In this document: piece after piece, positions 1-9,621 of the stretch
Position numbering within the stretch: the stretch's first letter is position 1
How the letters are laid out: each line of letters starts with the position of its first letter
Source: a virus
Taxonomy: Duplodnaviria; Caudoviricetes
Length of the DNA stretch: 64,000 bases
Virus record (IMG/VR): IMGVR_UViG_3300037400_002156
Span: 32,001 to 96,000 of that record
Direction: 5' to 3' (one strand)
Notes under the pieces: model-generated
What the model was told of the DNA's origin: nothing
What the model saw: only the letters and a program-made list of their open reading frames with translations
Databases searched by the model: none
Program-made: the position numbers and the translations under genes

Positions 1-1258
1 GCTTCGGGAGTGACTGAAAGTTCACAGGACTGAAAAAAGTGTTCTTACCATCTGTTCCACAAGCAAGGCGCCCTGTAGGAACACGACACGTAAAGTAGCT
101 GAACCTAATTGGATGCTTTTTCATCTCATCAGGTGATGATATATTTAAAAGTGTTTCAAGATATGAGTTATCAAACTTAAACAGTTTCTTATACTCTACT
201 AACTTCTTAAGATATTCATTATCACCATGTGTAACAAGATAGTTGCCAATAGTTTTAATATCTGTCTTCATTTGACCAGTTGCTGTTCTTGCACCAGTAT
301 CAATTCCCATTTGCTGGAATATTCCTACTAACTCACGACCTGAGTTAATGTTATATTCCATTCCAGCATTTTGATACAAATACTGTTTTAAATCAGCAAG
401 ATGTTTTGCAACATCTCCTTTCATTGACTGAAGATAATTATGATCAATATATACTGGTGTATTTTCAAGTCGCATCAAAGGATATAAAACTTCGTTGTCT
501 AACTTACCTGCTGCACCAGATTCAGCATAGTATTTTTCTGTTTTAAAGAATAGGTGATATGTGCCGAGAGCATCAATACAGGCATATCTATATCCCTGTT
601 CTGCTGGAATATAACCAAAATTTGTTTCATCTCCCATTGTGTCTGCAAATGTTGGAGGATTCCATCCAAGAAAGTGCTTTTCTGACTTTTTCAATGATGG
701 CATCGGTACATTGGTATCAGCCAACCAAACTGAACATTGAACATCGAAGTATTTAGTCTTTGATAGATCGAATCTGTAAATCTTTTCATCTGACTCCGGA
801 GTATAATCATACTTCTCTGGAGTCATTGCTTCAAGGAACCGCATATCGAATCTTGCATTGTATAGCATGTGCAATCTTGATTTACATAGCATGGCATAAA
901 GAACTTTTAATCCTTTATAACCAATATGAAAATCAGGGTGCGTAAGCGGAACATAGTAGCCATTATGACCATCTTGCGTAAATGAATACCCTACTATTCT
1001 ACCTTCAGTGAGATCACCTGTTCTCTTTCCCTTCTCAGGAGAAAGATCGCTGGTTTCAGTGTCCCATGCAAAGAATGAATCTGTCTTAAATTCATTATCA
1101 TAAAAATTCTTTAACTCTTCATATGAATGAATCAGATGATAGTTTAATTTATATACTTCCTCAAAATTTTCGAGGACAGGGACAGCTGGAACAAAATGTT
1201 CGTATGATCCCTTTTTATTTTTATCTTCAGACTCATCTTTATTTTTTCTCGGTGCCAT
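1..1258 (-). CDS. polA: Family A DNA polymerase with 3'-5' exonuclease domain (3' end runs off the window)
   Basis: Absent from the ORF track because there is no stop in the window. Manual translation from ATG 1258 (AGGAG upstream) gives MAPRKNKD...FAWDTETSDL (Exo I motif). The same frame near the edge reads PTGRLACG...PVNFQSLPK, equivalent to PolA TGRLSS..PNLQNIP. Confidence 0.9.
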   Translation of the reverse strand, partial: MAPRKNKDESEDKNKKGSYEHFVPAVPVLENFEEVYKLNYHLIHSYEELKNFYDNEFKTDSFFAWDTETSDLSPEKGKRTGDLTEGRIVGYSFTQDGHNGYYVPLTHPDFHIGYKGLKVLYAMLCKSRLHMLYNARFDMRFLEAMTPEKYDYTPESDEKIYRFDLSKTKYFDVQCSVWLADTNVPMPSLKKSEKHFLGWNPPTFADTMGDETNFGYIPAEQGYRYACIDALGTYHLFFKTEKYYAESGAAGKLDNEVLYPLMRLENTPVYIDHNYLQSMKGDVAKHLADLKQYLYQNAGMEYNINSGRELVGIFQQMGIDTGARTATGQMKTDIKTIGNYLVTHGDNEYLKKLVEYKKLFKFDNSYLETLLNISSPDEMKKHPIRFSYFTCRVPTGRLACGTDGKNTFFSPVNFQSLPK

Positions 1259-1399
1259 ATTTCTTATAACTCCTAATTGGCTAAAAGACGTAATTGCAGT
1301 AACTTTATCTTCAGCATTACAGTATAATATATACAATAAAACCCTGATAGAATTAACTATCAGGGTTTAACAATTCAATCAATCAGTCAATTTTACTGT

Positions 1400-2065
1400 T
1401 TAAAACATATCTGAATCATTTATCATTGATGATAAATTACATTTCTTTTTATTAGGTATTTTCTTAGTAGTACTAATAACAGATGTCTTACTATAATTAA
1501 AGAATGTAATCTGATCTGGTGATATACATAGTGGAGTACTTTCAACTGTATAAGGCTTACCTGATGAAGTTTCAATAAAAGTTGAATTTGATTTTCTTAT
1601 GTATATATTATCTTTATAGAATTTCTTTGTACAATCTGCTATCACAAATATAAGCTTACAATCATCTGATGATATACACATATTTATAAATGAATTAATG
1701 TAATCATTAATATTTGGAGAATTGTCATAACCAAGAAGTTTAATTACTACAACCTGGCTAATTAGTGCCTGAGGGTGCACTATTGACTTTGTATTACATC
1801 TCATTGCATGCCATGATTGATATATCTTTGAATCGTCTAGTACAGTTGGAGCAACTAATTTCTTTGATAGCATATATGTTAATGGGTATGCACACCAGTT
1901 AGACGCATCAATGTCACCAATTGCTACAATCTTGTTGCTAGGCTCTAGACTCAGAAGTAAATCTTTATCTTCATCAGATAATCTACGAATATTACTCGTA
2001 AGCAGATCTCTATATAAAATTGCAATTCTATTTATATTAAATGACTTATTATTTTCTATAGTCAT
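1400..2065 (-). CDS. Hypothetical protein
   Basis: 221-aa ORF with GGAG RBS; no recognisable motif. Confidence 0.7.
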   Translation of the reverse strand: MTIENNKSFNINRIAILYRDLLTSNIRRLSDEDKDLLLSLEPSNKIVAIGDIDASNWCAYPLTYMLSKKLVAPTVLDDSKIYQSWHAMRCNTKSIVHPQALISQVVVIKLLGYDNSPNINDYINSFINMCISSDDCKLIFVIADCTKKFYKDNIYIRKSNSTFIETSSGKPYTVESTPLCISPDQITFFNYSKTSVISTTKKIPNKKKCNLSSMINDSDMF

Positions 2066-2111
2066 CTTTCTAACTCCAATGATGTCGTAATTATTATATT
2101 ATATAATTACA

Positions 2112-2228
2112 TCATTGATTTATTACATTTAACTTTATCTTTGAATATCCGCACGTAAAAGTAGTATAATCATGAGATGTGTATGAATGTTCTAAAACAT
2201 CACTATAGTCTAAAGAGTGCATATAGTT
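2112..2228 (-). pseudogene. C-terminal remnant of a homing-endonuclease-family gene interrupted by IS607
   Basis: Reads NYMHSLDYSDVLEHSYTSHDYTTFTCGYSKIKLNVINQ*, matching the NNY...TCGYS tails of 40601..41908, 45103..46203 and 21864..22946. Confidence 0.8.
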
Positions 2229-3814
2229 GTAATTTACATAGAAATATATTCTAAATAAATTACTTCGTAAATAAATTTACTGGCGTACTACACACCTCTA
2301 TCCCATATTCTATAAAGACGTTTGGGATTTCTTTTCTAAGAATATTTAGCGCACCATTTAGATCAGCATTTATTAATCTGCCATCGTAAGATCTAAATAG
2401 TCCTCGTTTAATTCGTTTTCCTTTATATGTTTCATGTTTGCGAATTTCTTCATCGTCTAAAAATGAGCATTTACTAGTGTATGATTCTTCACGAACTACA
2501 ACTTCAATGCCTTCAAGTTTAGATTTATAAGTAACCATGTGAATAAACATATTGAAAGGAATTTGAACAAATTTCTGATTGTTTGATTTACCTAAATCAA
2601 TGTCTTGTTTCCAATTCTTATTGTGTCCTATTACGATTTTAGACACGTCATTAGAAACTAAATGATTCACCAATTTTCGGCTTGCTTTGTGGATGTAGTC
2701 TTTTACTTTGTTATTTCTTTTCTGCGTTAGCTTTCTAATTTTGTCAGCATTTACATTTCTGTTCTTGCAAAGACCCTGCTTTGATTTTAGATTAGCTAAT
2801 TCTTTATTATAGAATTGGTTGATTGACTTCAAAGGCCTGCCACTTACTAATATCGGAGCAATTTTATTTCCTCCGACTGCTGCCAAGTTATTAAGACCAA
2901 TGTCGATTCCTACATAATTACCGTTGTCATAATGCTGCTTCTCATCAACGTTATATATAACTTCAATAATAAATAATGCGTTCTTAGGTATGACTCTTAT
3001 CTGTCTAACATCTGTATGAATCAACTTTATTCTGCTACTACAACCACTAAGTTTCAGATAGCCAAGTTTCAATTCTTTTCCTGATATAGCCTGATTTGTA
3101 AACGTTAGCATATATCTCGAATTCTTTTCTAGGTATCTAGGTATTGAAACTTTGTGATTTACTTTCTTTGACTTTAAAGAAGCAAAGAATGATCTGAAAT
3201 TCTGGTCTACCTGTTTAACAACCCACTGCGCAACTTTTGCTGGTAAAGAAGTATAGTCGATTTGTTTTTCTTTTGTGAGTTGACCGACATTAGCGTAATA
3301 ATTCAGATATTCTTTTGTATTGAAGTAATGCTGTCGTATTCTATAAAGTGCTTGATTATACAGATTCTTAGACAGAAAGCACATCTGATCTAATTCGCTA
3401 TATAGCGAATTAGACTTCTTTATGATATGTCTCTCTGTTAATAACATGTTAAGATTCCTTTTCGATATCTTTAATAGCCTATTTTACTTTTAACTTTAAT
3501 CTCTTACTTTTACGAAGACCGTAAATTCTTGCAGAGAAGCAATGTATTATTAAGATTAAGTCCTGTGTAATGTCTTCATCTTCTTCTTTAGCCTCGTTAA
3601 TTACTTCGATTCTATTACCTGTTAATAATTGAATGTAATTAAAGCCAAAACGTGTTAGACGATCTTTGTGTTCTACTATGATTTTATCGTACTTGTCATC
3701 TTTTAGAATTTTTGAAAGTTGTTTACGATTGTCATTTAAACCAGAACCAAATTCTTTCACAACTTGTTTTATCTTGTACCCTTTAGCGATGGCATATGCC
3801 TCTAATCGCTTTGC
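2229..3814 (-). mobile_element. IS607-family element with left end and tnpA 5' part deleted
   Basis: Serine-recombinase tnpA fragment plus tnpB. An imperfect hairpin at 2229-2263 (GTAATTTA...TAAATTAC) marks the likely right end, after which host-gene sequence resumes. Boundaries are approximate. Confidence 0.8.
2260..3447 (-). CDS. tnpB: TnpB RNA-guided endonuclease
   Basis: RuvC motifs GIDIGLNNLA, REESYTSKCSFLD and NADLNGALNI are all present; N-terminal SKNLYNQALY is typical. Confidence 0.95.
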   Translation of the reverse strand: MLLTERHIIKKSNSLYSELDQMCFLSKNLYNQALYRIRQHYFNTKEYLNYYANVGQLTKEKQIDYTSLPAKVAQWVVKQVDQNFRSFFASLKSKKVNHKVSIPRYLEKNSRYMLTFTNQAISGKELKLGYLKLSGCSSRIKLIHTDVRQIRVIPKNALFIIEVIYNVDEKQHYDNGNYVGIDIGLNNLAAVGGNKIAPILVSGRPLKSINQFYNKELANLKSKQGLCKNRNVNADKIRKLTQKRNNKVKDYIHKASRKLVNHLVSNDVSKIVIGHNKNWKQDIDLGKSNNQKFVQIPFNMFIHMVTYKSKLEGIEVVVREESYTSKCSFLDDEEIRKHETYKGKRIKRGLFRSYDGRLINADLNGALNILRKEIPNVFIEYGIEVCSTPVNLFTK

Positions 3815-4015
3815 AGTAGATGATCGGCAACCACATGATTTTGTGTGACCACGAATAACACGTTTGTATGGAATATCTTTTACATTACCACATGTACACT
3901 TACATCTGAATACAACAAAATTATTATCGTCTCTAAGTACATCTAGCACTTCTAACGAATCGAATATTTTGCCAATGTATTCACTTTTAAGAATGTCTAT
4001 ATTAATTCTGTTCAT
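3479..4015 (-). CDS. tnpA: Chimera: endonuclease N-terminal Cys domain fused to truncated IS607 TnpA resolvase
   Basis: Residues 1-67 (CKCTCGN...HTKSCGC) match the endonuclease paralogues. The rest (EFGSGLNDNRK, VEHKDRLTRFGF, FSARIYGLR) is IS607 TnpA. The HTH and the catalytic YARVS motif are absent. Confidence 0.85.
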   Translation of the reverse strand: MNRINIDILKSEYIGKIFDSLEVLDVLRDDNNFVVFRCKCTCGNVKDIPYKRVIRGHTKSCGCRSSTAKRLEAYAIAKGYKIKQVVKEFGSGLNDNRKQLSKILKDDKYDKIIVEHKDRLTRFGFNYIQLLTGNRIEVINEAKEEDEDITQDLILIIHCFSARIYGLRKSKRLKLKVK

Positions 4016-4103
4016 GATTATTAAGTAATAAGTGGGTAAATAAAATCCCTATTGCATATATAAATATACACAATAGGGATTTAAAATTTAATTGATGATA
4101 TTA

Positions 4104-6518
4104 TTAGGTGTTAGCCATAGCCTCTTCAATAGTAGTTGAAGATGAGTAAATTACGTAAGATAAATCAAATATTTCCGCCGACTGGTAGAAAATCACACGA
4201 ATAATTCCATTTATCTTGCGGTTCGCAATCTCCTCACGTGATGTTGTATCTTCACCCATTTGAACCATATACTCGCTAAGAGCATTTGACGAAACTAATG
4301 GATCAAGAATATACTGAGAAACATATGTCTTCCACTTATCCCATAGAACAAGACTATTAATAGAGAACTTAAGTGTCTCTGTGTATTCATCAATTTCGCT
4401 ACGAATCCAAACAAGCAAGCGAGCAATATGAGCTGCATTAAGATCTGTATATCCAGCGTTTAGAGTTTCATTTCCGAAAATCTGAACACCTCTTGTGCCA
4501 GTGTCCCAAATAGGATTAATTCTATACTGTACTAACTGATCTCTTTCAAGCTTTGTTTTTGGATTCTGTAAAACTTCTACTGTATCTGGAAGCACGCCAC
4601 CTTGATCTCCAGCTACTGGGAACTGAACGCCTCGATTTCGCCATGAAGTTAGAATATTATTCATTACAAGATTTGTAGGAGCGACTTTAACTTTTACATT
4701 ACGCGCTGAGCCATTTACAATCTTTGTGCATGTCATCTCTAACCATGACCAGTACATCTCTAAATAGAAACTCTGTGTTGCGTAATCTTCAGTATCTGTT
4801 TGACCATATTCCCAAAGATCTACAAAGTCACCTTGTGAAGCAACCCAATTACATGCATCTGTCATCTCCATTGGAGTTAAATCGCCATATTCTTTATAGT
4901 ATGGAGTTGAAAGAATCACCGTAGTGTCTTTGCGCTCACTCGCTATTTCTTTCATATAATAATGAAGTGTACGACGATCTTCGTAGTTTAAAGCATATAA
5001 ACCTGTAAGAGGATCGCTACTATTAGAACGTGTATTTACTGGACAAACAAGATCTGCCATTAAACGGCCATTATATTTCTTGTCTTTGTACTGGTTTAAT
5101 GCATTCACGTAATTAGTAACATTAACTACAAATGAAGGATTGCTTATAGTAACAGGACCGATAACTGGGAATGGGCTTGGTGATAATCCACCATCAGCAA
5201 CTGAATAATCATGTAAAATTTTAACTGCTAATGAATTTAAACCATCTTCTTTTACTGCACATGCATTTGCTGTAGAAGGATCCATTAGTTCAAATCTAAT
5301 TACTGTACCTAGAGCAGAGTTTAAATTATTTACAATTGACTGATTTGTTACTGTAGGATCACTAATCTTAATTCTTGAAGAGGCAAGAACACTATTGTTA
5401 ACATCTTTAACCGTTACATTAAGATAATATACATTTAATGAGTATGGCTTTGTTTTAGTTAGTTCACAATTAAATTGTAAGTCTTCAGCCATTGAAGAGT
5501 ATGCTACCATACAATGCTCAGCACGAGCTGCCGATTTAACTACTAAGATGTGACCACTAGTGAGAGCATCACGTAAAGTAACGGTAACAGACCAAGTACC
5601 GTCTAAATCCTGAGACCACACTACGTTTTCTGGCTCAACTGGTGTTTCTACTGTTGGGCTATCTGAATCATTTACATCTGCAAATGATGTAATTACATAA
5701 CGAGATGAAAGTTTTGTAGCGGTATATTTCTTTGTATCTGTAGAATCTACAGCAAGAGGAATATTCTCTACACCCCATGACTCATCGATAGCGCCTTCAA
5801 CTGAAATATTAGTAGGTTCTGGAATTACACCACTGTCAGGTAAATTTAGTGTAATAACTAAGTCAAATGTACTAATACCATTTACGAAGTGTTCTTCGCA
5901 CTTATATGTAAAATAGTCTGTGTAATCAATATTGCCTACATACGCCGCTGGCATATCCGCTGAGTTAGTTATTACATCGTCTGGCTCACCTTCAACTTCA
6001 CTTTTAACTGTAAATGGTAAAGTATAGAATGAGCTAGCTTCTAAGTCTGGTGTTAAAGAGTCTGTATTAGTAGATCCTGTAACTCGCTTAATGACATATT
6101 TATTACGTAAACCAGTAATTTTCCACTCGCCACTCTCTGGTACTGGATGATGATCACTCAGGTCTTCTTCTGTATCTCTAAGCTGATCATTTACAAATGG
6201 AAATTCATATACACCTGCATCACCTGAATCAACTTTTGCAACCCAACAAGTTCCACCATTTGCAACTAACTGCATAATACTATAAAGATCAACATATTTC
6301 TCAGGGTCAATACGAGGATCACCAAAGTTAGCAATTAGAGTATCAACATCACGAACTAAAATTGGATCATATTGATTTGTTACTGAGTTTTTCTGCACTC
6401 TTGAAATCGGAGTAATGCATGCAAATAAGCCATTAAATGAGGCTATATTTGGCACTACTGATTCGTCTTTTACACGTGATTTTACATGCGCACTCTCACG
6501 ACTATCTATTTTTATCAT
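4104..6518 (-). CDS. Tail sheath protein (T4 gp18-like)
   Basis: N-terminal NFGDP; C-terminal FPVAG...ERDQLVQYRINPI...IFGNETL...LNAAHIARLL sheath motifs. Confidence 0.9.
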   Translation of the reverse strand: MIKIDSRESAHVKSRVKDESVVPNIASFNGLFACITPISRVQKNSVTNQYDPILVRDVDTLIANFGDPRIDPEKYVDLYSIMQLVANGGTCWVAKVDSGDAGVYEFPFVNDQLRDTEEDLSDHHPVPESGEWKITGLRNKYVIKRVTGSTNTDSLTPDLEASSFYTLPFTVKSEVEGEPDDVITNSADMPAAYVGNIDYTDYFTYKCEEHFVNGISTFDLVITLNLPDSGVIPEPTNISVEGAIDESWGVENIPLAVDSTDTKKYTATKLSSRYVITSFADVNDSDSPTVETPVEPENVVWSQDLDGTWSVTVTLRDALTSGHILVVKSAARAEHCMVAYSSMAEDLQFNCELTKTKPYSLNVYYLNVTVKDVNNSVLASSRIKISDPTVTNQSIVNNLNSALGTVIRFELMDPSTANACAVKEDGLNSLAVKILHDYSVADGGLSPSPFPVIGPVTISNPSFVVNVTNYVNALNQYKDKKYNGRLMADLVCPVNTRSNSSDPLTGLYALNYEDRRTLHYYMKEIASERKDTTVILSTPYYKEYGDLTPMEMTDACNWVASQGDFVDLWEYGQTDTEDYATQSFYLEMYWSWLEMTCTKIVNGSARNVKVKVAPTNLVMNNILTSWRNRGVQFPVAGDQGGVLPDTVEVLQNPKTKLERDQLVQYRINPIWDTGTRGVQIFGNETLNAGYTDLNAAHIARLLVWIRSEIDEYTETLKFSINSLVLWDKWKTYVSQYILDPLVSSNALSEYMVQMGEDTTSREEIANRKINGIIRVIFYQSAEIFDLSYVIYSSSTTIEEAMANT

Positions 6519-6543
6519 ATGCTTTACTCCTTAAATGTAAAGT

Positions 6544-6999
6544 CTAAGAATTCTTAAGAATTGTTAATAGATCAAAATATTTAAGTTTACATTTTTTATA
6601 ATCATTATAATATTGACTAAAATCAACACCTATCTCATGTGTTCTAAGATCTTCTGAAAAAATATTCTTTTCTTCATTTGAAAGATTTTGCCATATAGCA
6701 GAAAACACGTGAGATACTGTAAATGGAACTATGCCTAATGTGAGCAAATGATGTGGTTTATATAGTTTATTTTCAGCAAAACAAAATATATGCTCATTAT
6801 GCTCTTCTTTATAGAACTTTGCGGCTGGAGAGTTTGTATTATCATGAAATGGGCAATAACATGGATGAGTTATCATTGGCCAACTAGTTCCAATATATGA
6901 CAATAAGTATTCAAATGTGCAAAAATAATCTATGACATTTAGCTCTAACTTTGTATTACTAAGTAACTCATTTGACATGTCCATATTACTACTCTTCAC
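6544..6999 (-). CDS. Stand-alone primase-type (CHC2-like) zinc-binding domain protein
   Basis: CYCPFHDNTNSPAAKFY...HIFCF resembles the DnaG zinc-binding domain; adjacent to the helicase. Confidence 0.7.
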   Translation of the reverse strand: MKSSNMDMSNELLSNTKLELNVIDYFCTFEYLLSYIGTSWPMITHPCYCPFHDNTNSPAAKFYKEEHNEHIFCFAENKLYKPHHLLTLGIVPFTVSHVFSAIWQNLSNEEKNIFSEDLRTHEIGVDFSQYYNDYKKCKLKYFDLLTILKNS

Positions 7000-7049
7000 T
7001 ATAAATAGATATAAATAAAACGTCTAACTTTATTAGACGTTTTTAATTG

Positions 7050-8543
7050 TTATAAACCAAATATATCGTCGTCAGACTCACTAGATAAGTATATACTTGT
7101 GCCTGCTGGTTTCTGTGCAATATTACATGATGACAACGAGTCTATTAAATCTACTGATAATTCTGACTCATCAACTGAGGCATCTCCACCAAACTTATAT
7201 ACTTCTGGTTCAATATCGACAGGTGTTGGTAATACATTGTTTCCGTATCGTGTTTTAAGAAGTTGTACATAAGCCTGATTAGCGCTTTTCATATCGTCAT
7301 TTGCAAATACAGTCATTACAATAGATGAAAATCGTTCAAGCTCATTTGAGTCTGATAATGCAGTTAGTCTATAGCCTTCAACCTGTGTGTTAAGTGATTT
7401 GTTTTTATCACCTGGGCGATTTATCATTGACAATTTTTTGAAGGATGCAAATGCTTCTTTATAGCCTGAACGATTTGTTTGAGCAACTAGCACAGTTGCA
7501 ACTTGTCTTTTTTTACCATCTTTTTTTCTAAAGTCAACAGTCAATTCACCAAAAAATGAAACATACTTATTGATAATCGCACCTGTATTATTACCATTGT
7601 ATAATGGGCTTCTTAAAGCAAGTTCGCCAACGTGATCTACAAAGATTGCATCAATAGGCATTTCATCGTCAATGCTATATAGTAAATCTACAAATTCACT
7701 TTCACTATATGTCTTAAAACATGATCTATCAATAATCTTAAATCTAGGCTCAATAACTTTACGGTACTCAGGCTCTAATACATCACATAAAAAGTTAAGC
7801 TCATCTTCGTCTAATTTATTCTGCATTATCTTTTTAAGCTGAAGTGGATGATATCCCATTCTTGTAAAGCGACTATCATTTGAAAATAAACTTAATGCAG
7901 AATATTCAAGCTGTTCTTTTGAAACTTCTAATGAAATATATGCAATATTTTTACCTTCAAGAACATTTTTAACTGCTATATTAGTAGACCATGTAGTTTT
8001 AAATGAACCACTAAATCCAGCAAGAGTAGCCATTGCTCCTTTTGGAATTGAGCCTATCTCATCGTCTATCTGATCTACAAATGTTTTTAGACCAGATCGA
8101 TCTTTCATACTTCTAGTGTATCTTTCACGAAAAGAAAGATTCTCTTCTACAATGTCATTATCAAATGATGTCTGTTTGCGAACAGCCTCTGCCATTTCTG
8201 GTGTAATGCCATTCACTGCAGCATCAGCAGCCATCTTATGTAGTAGTTTTGATTTATGAATATTTTGATGTTTTGTTATAAATTGTTTTCTATAATAGCG
8301 CAAATCTACTATAGAAAATGGCTCTACTTCTGTTAGCTGGTATCTGTATTGTGGAAACTTAGAAAGAAATATTGTCTCTGTAGGAAATTCTTTATTTGAA
8401 TTATATTCTCTTTCTAAAAACTTAAATATATCTTGCTCATCACTTGAGAGAGTCTGAATGTTATCTTTTGATAGTATAGTTTGAAGTTCAGCGTAAAACT
8501 CAATGTTACTTTGTCCGAGTAGAGATTTAACAATTTGAATCAT
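7050..8543 (-). CDS. dnaB: DnaB-like replicative helicase
   Basis: Walker A AGFSGSFKTT, YISLEVS, IFVDH, AQTNR, LLKTRYG. Start moved to ATG 8543, which follows an AGGTG RBS. Confidence 0.9.
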   Translation of the reverse strand: MIQIVKSLLGQSNIEFYAELQTILSKDNIQTLSSDEQDIFKFLEREYNSNKEFPTETIFLSKFPQYRYQLTEVEPFSIVDLRYYRKQFITKHQNIHKSKLLHKMAADAAVNGITPEMAEAVRKQTSFDNDIVEENLSFRERYTRSMKDRSGLKTFVDQIDDEIGSIPKGAMATLAGFSGSFKTTWSTNIAVKNVLEGKNIAYISLEVSKEQLEYSALSLFSNDSRFTRMGYHPLQLKKIMQNKLDEDELNFLCDVLEPEYRKVIEPRFKIIDRSCFKTYSESEFVDLLYSIDDEMPIDAIFVDHVGELALRSPLYNGNNTGAIINKYVSFFGELTVDFRKKDGKKRQVATVLVAQTNRSGYKEAFASFKKLSMINRPGDKNKSLNTQVEGYRLTALSDSNELERFSSIVMTVFANDDMKSANQAYVQLLKTRYGNNVLPTPVDIEPEVYKFGGDASVDESELSVDLIDSLSSCNIAQKPAGTSIYLSSESDDDIFGL

Positions 8544-8619
8544 TATATCACCTTGAATATGGGCATAAAAAATTATGTAATGGTAAATTACCATTACATA
8601 ATAATATACACTAGATATT

Positions 8620-9618
8620 CTAGAAATAAATTAGTTTATTATCAGCGTTAAACTTAATTTCTCCAGGTGCACTCTTACTATCTAAGTTAGATCCTTCATA
8701 TTCAAGATTTTTAGCCTTAATTTGTTTCTCAATAAAATTGCAGATAGCTTGATACTTATCATACATTGATTGATCACCAGCGCATTTAAATACCTTATTA
8801 AGGTATTTACTCATCTCATCAGATAGTTTATCTTCATCATAATAGCTATCTCTGCTAGTGGCATCCTGATACTTAATATATGCTTTAACTAAGCCAGATA
8901 AAGCGCCACTTGTAATATCACCAGTTACATTATAAACATACTGCATTACAAGATTAGCACTTGTCTTGTTAGTCTCGCCGTTAATTGGAGCAATTGCAAT
9001 AGTAACGTTTAATTTATGAGCGTTAACAGAAGCATTTGATCTTGAACTTAAGCCAGAGTCGAATCCGTACTGACAGTGACCAATAAATGATGGAGTGTGT
9101 TTATCAGCATCTACATCTGTGTGATAAAAAGTAGTAATACTCAATGGAACCAATCCATCTGATTCAAGACCTTCACTTGCAATTAAATACGCTTTTTTAA
9201 AATCTTTTGATTTAATAGCACTTACAGCGGCTTCAACTTTTGATCCAACTCTTGCGTCAAACTGAATTACCCAATCTGAATGACCTTCGTTAGTGAGCTT
9301 AACTCTAACGTTTCTTATTGTGCCAGGTCTAAATGTATCATTACCTGTAACTCCATCCTCGTATATACGCTGCATATTCATAAATGAATCGAATATTGAA
9401 TAAGAATAGCTTTCATTACCTTTTTTATCTGCGCTCTGATCAGTTGACTCTTTATTCTCTTGGTTTTCGTTTTCACCACCTGTAACTTCTACAGAACCAT
9501 ACTTAATAACAGCTTTTGAAGGCCCATTTAGAAAGCACGTCTTAAGAACTTTACCTTTATCAGATTTTCTATCTTCATATGAGTTAATCTTATATTCAGA
9601 AAACTTTTCATTAGACAT
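8620..9618 (-). CDS. Hypothetical protein
   Basis: 332-aa ORF; no recognised motif. Confidence 0.75.
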   Translation of the reverse strand: MSNEKFSEYKINSYEDRKSDKGKVLKTCFLNGPSKAVIKYGSVEVTGGENENQENKESTDQSADKKGNESYSYSIFDSFMNMQRIYEDGVTGNDTFRPGTIRNVRVKLTNEGHSDWVIQFDARVGSKVEAAVSAIKSKDFKKAYLIASEGLESDGLVPLSITTFYHTDVDADKHTPSFIGHCQYGFDSGLSSRSNASVNAHKLNVTIAIAPINGETNKTSANLVMQYVYNVTGDITSGALSGLVKAYIKYQDATSRDSYYDEDKLSDEMSKYLNKVFKCAGDQSMYDKYQAICNFIEKQIKAKNLEYEGSNLDSKSAPGEIKFNADNKLIYF

Positions 9619-9621
9619 AAG

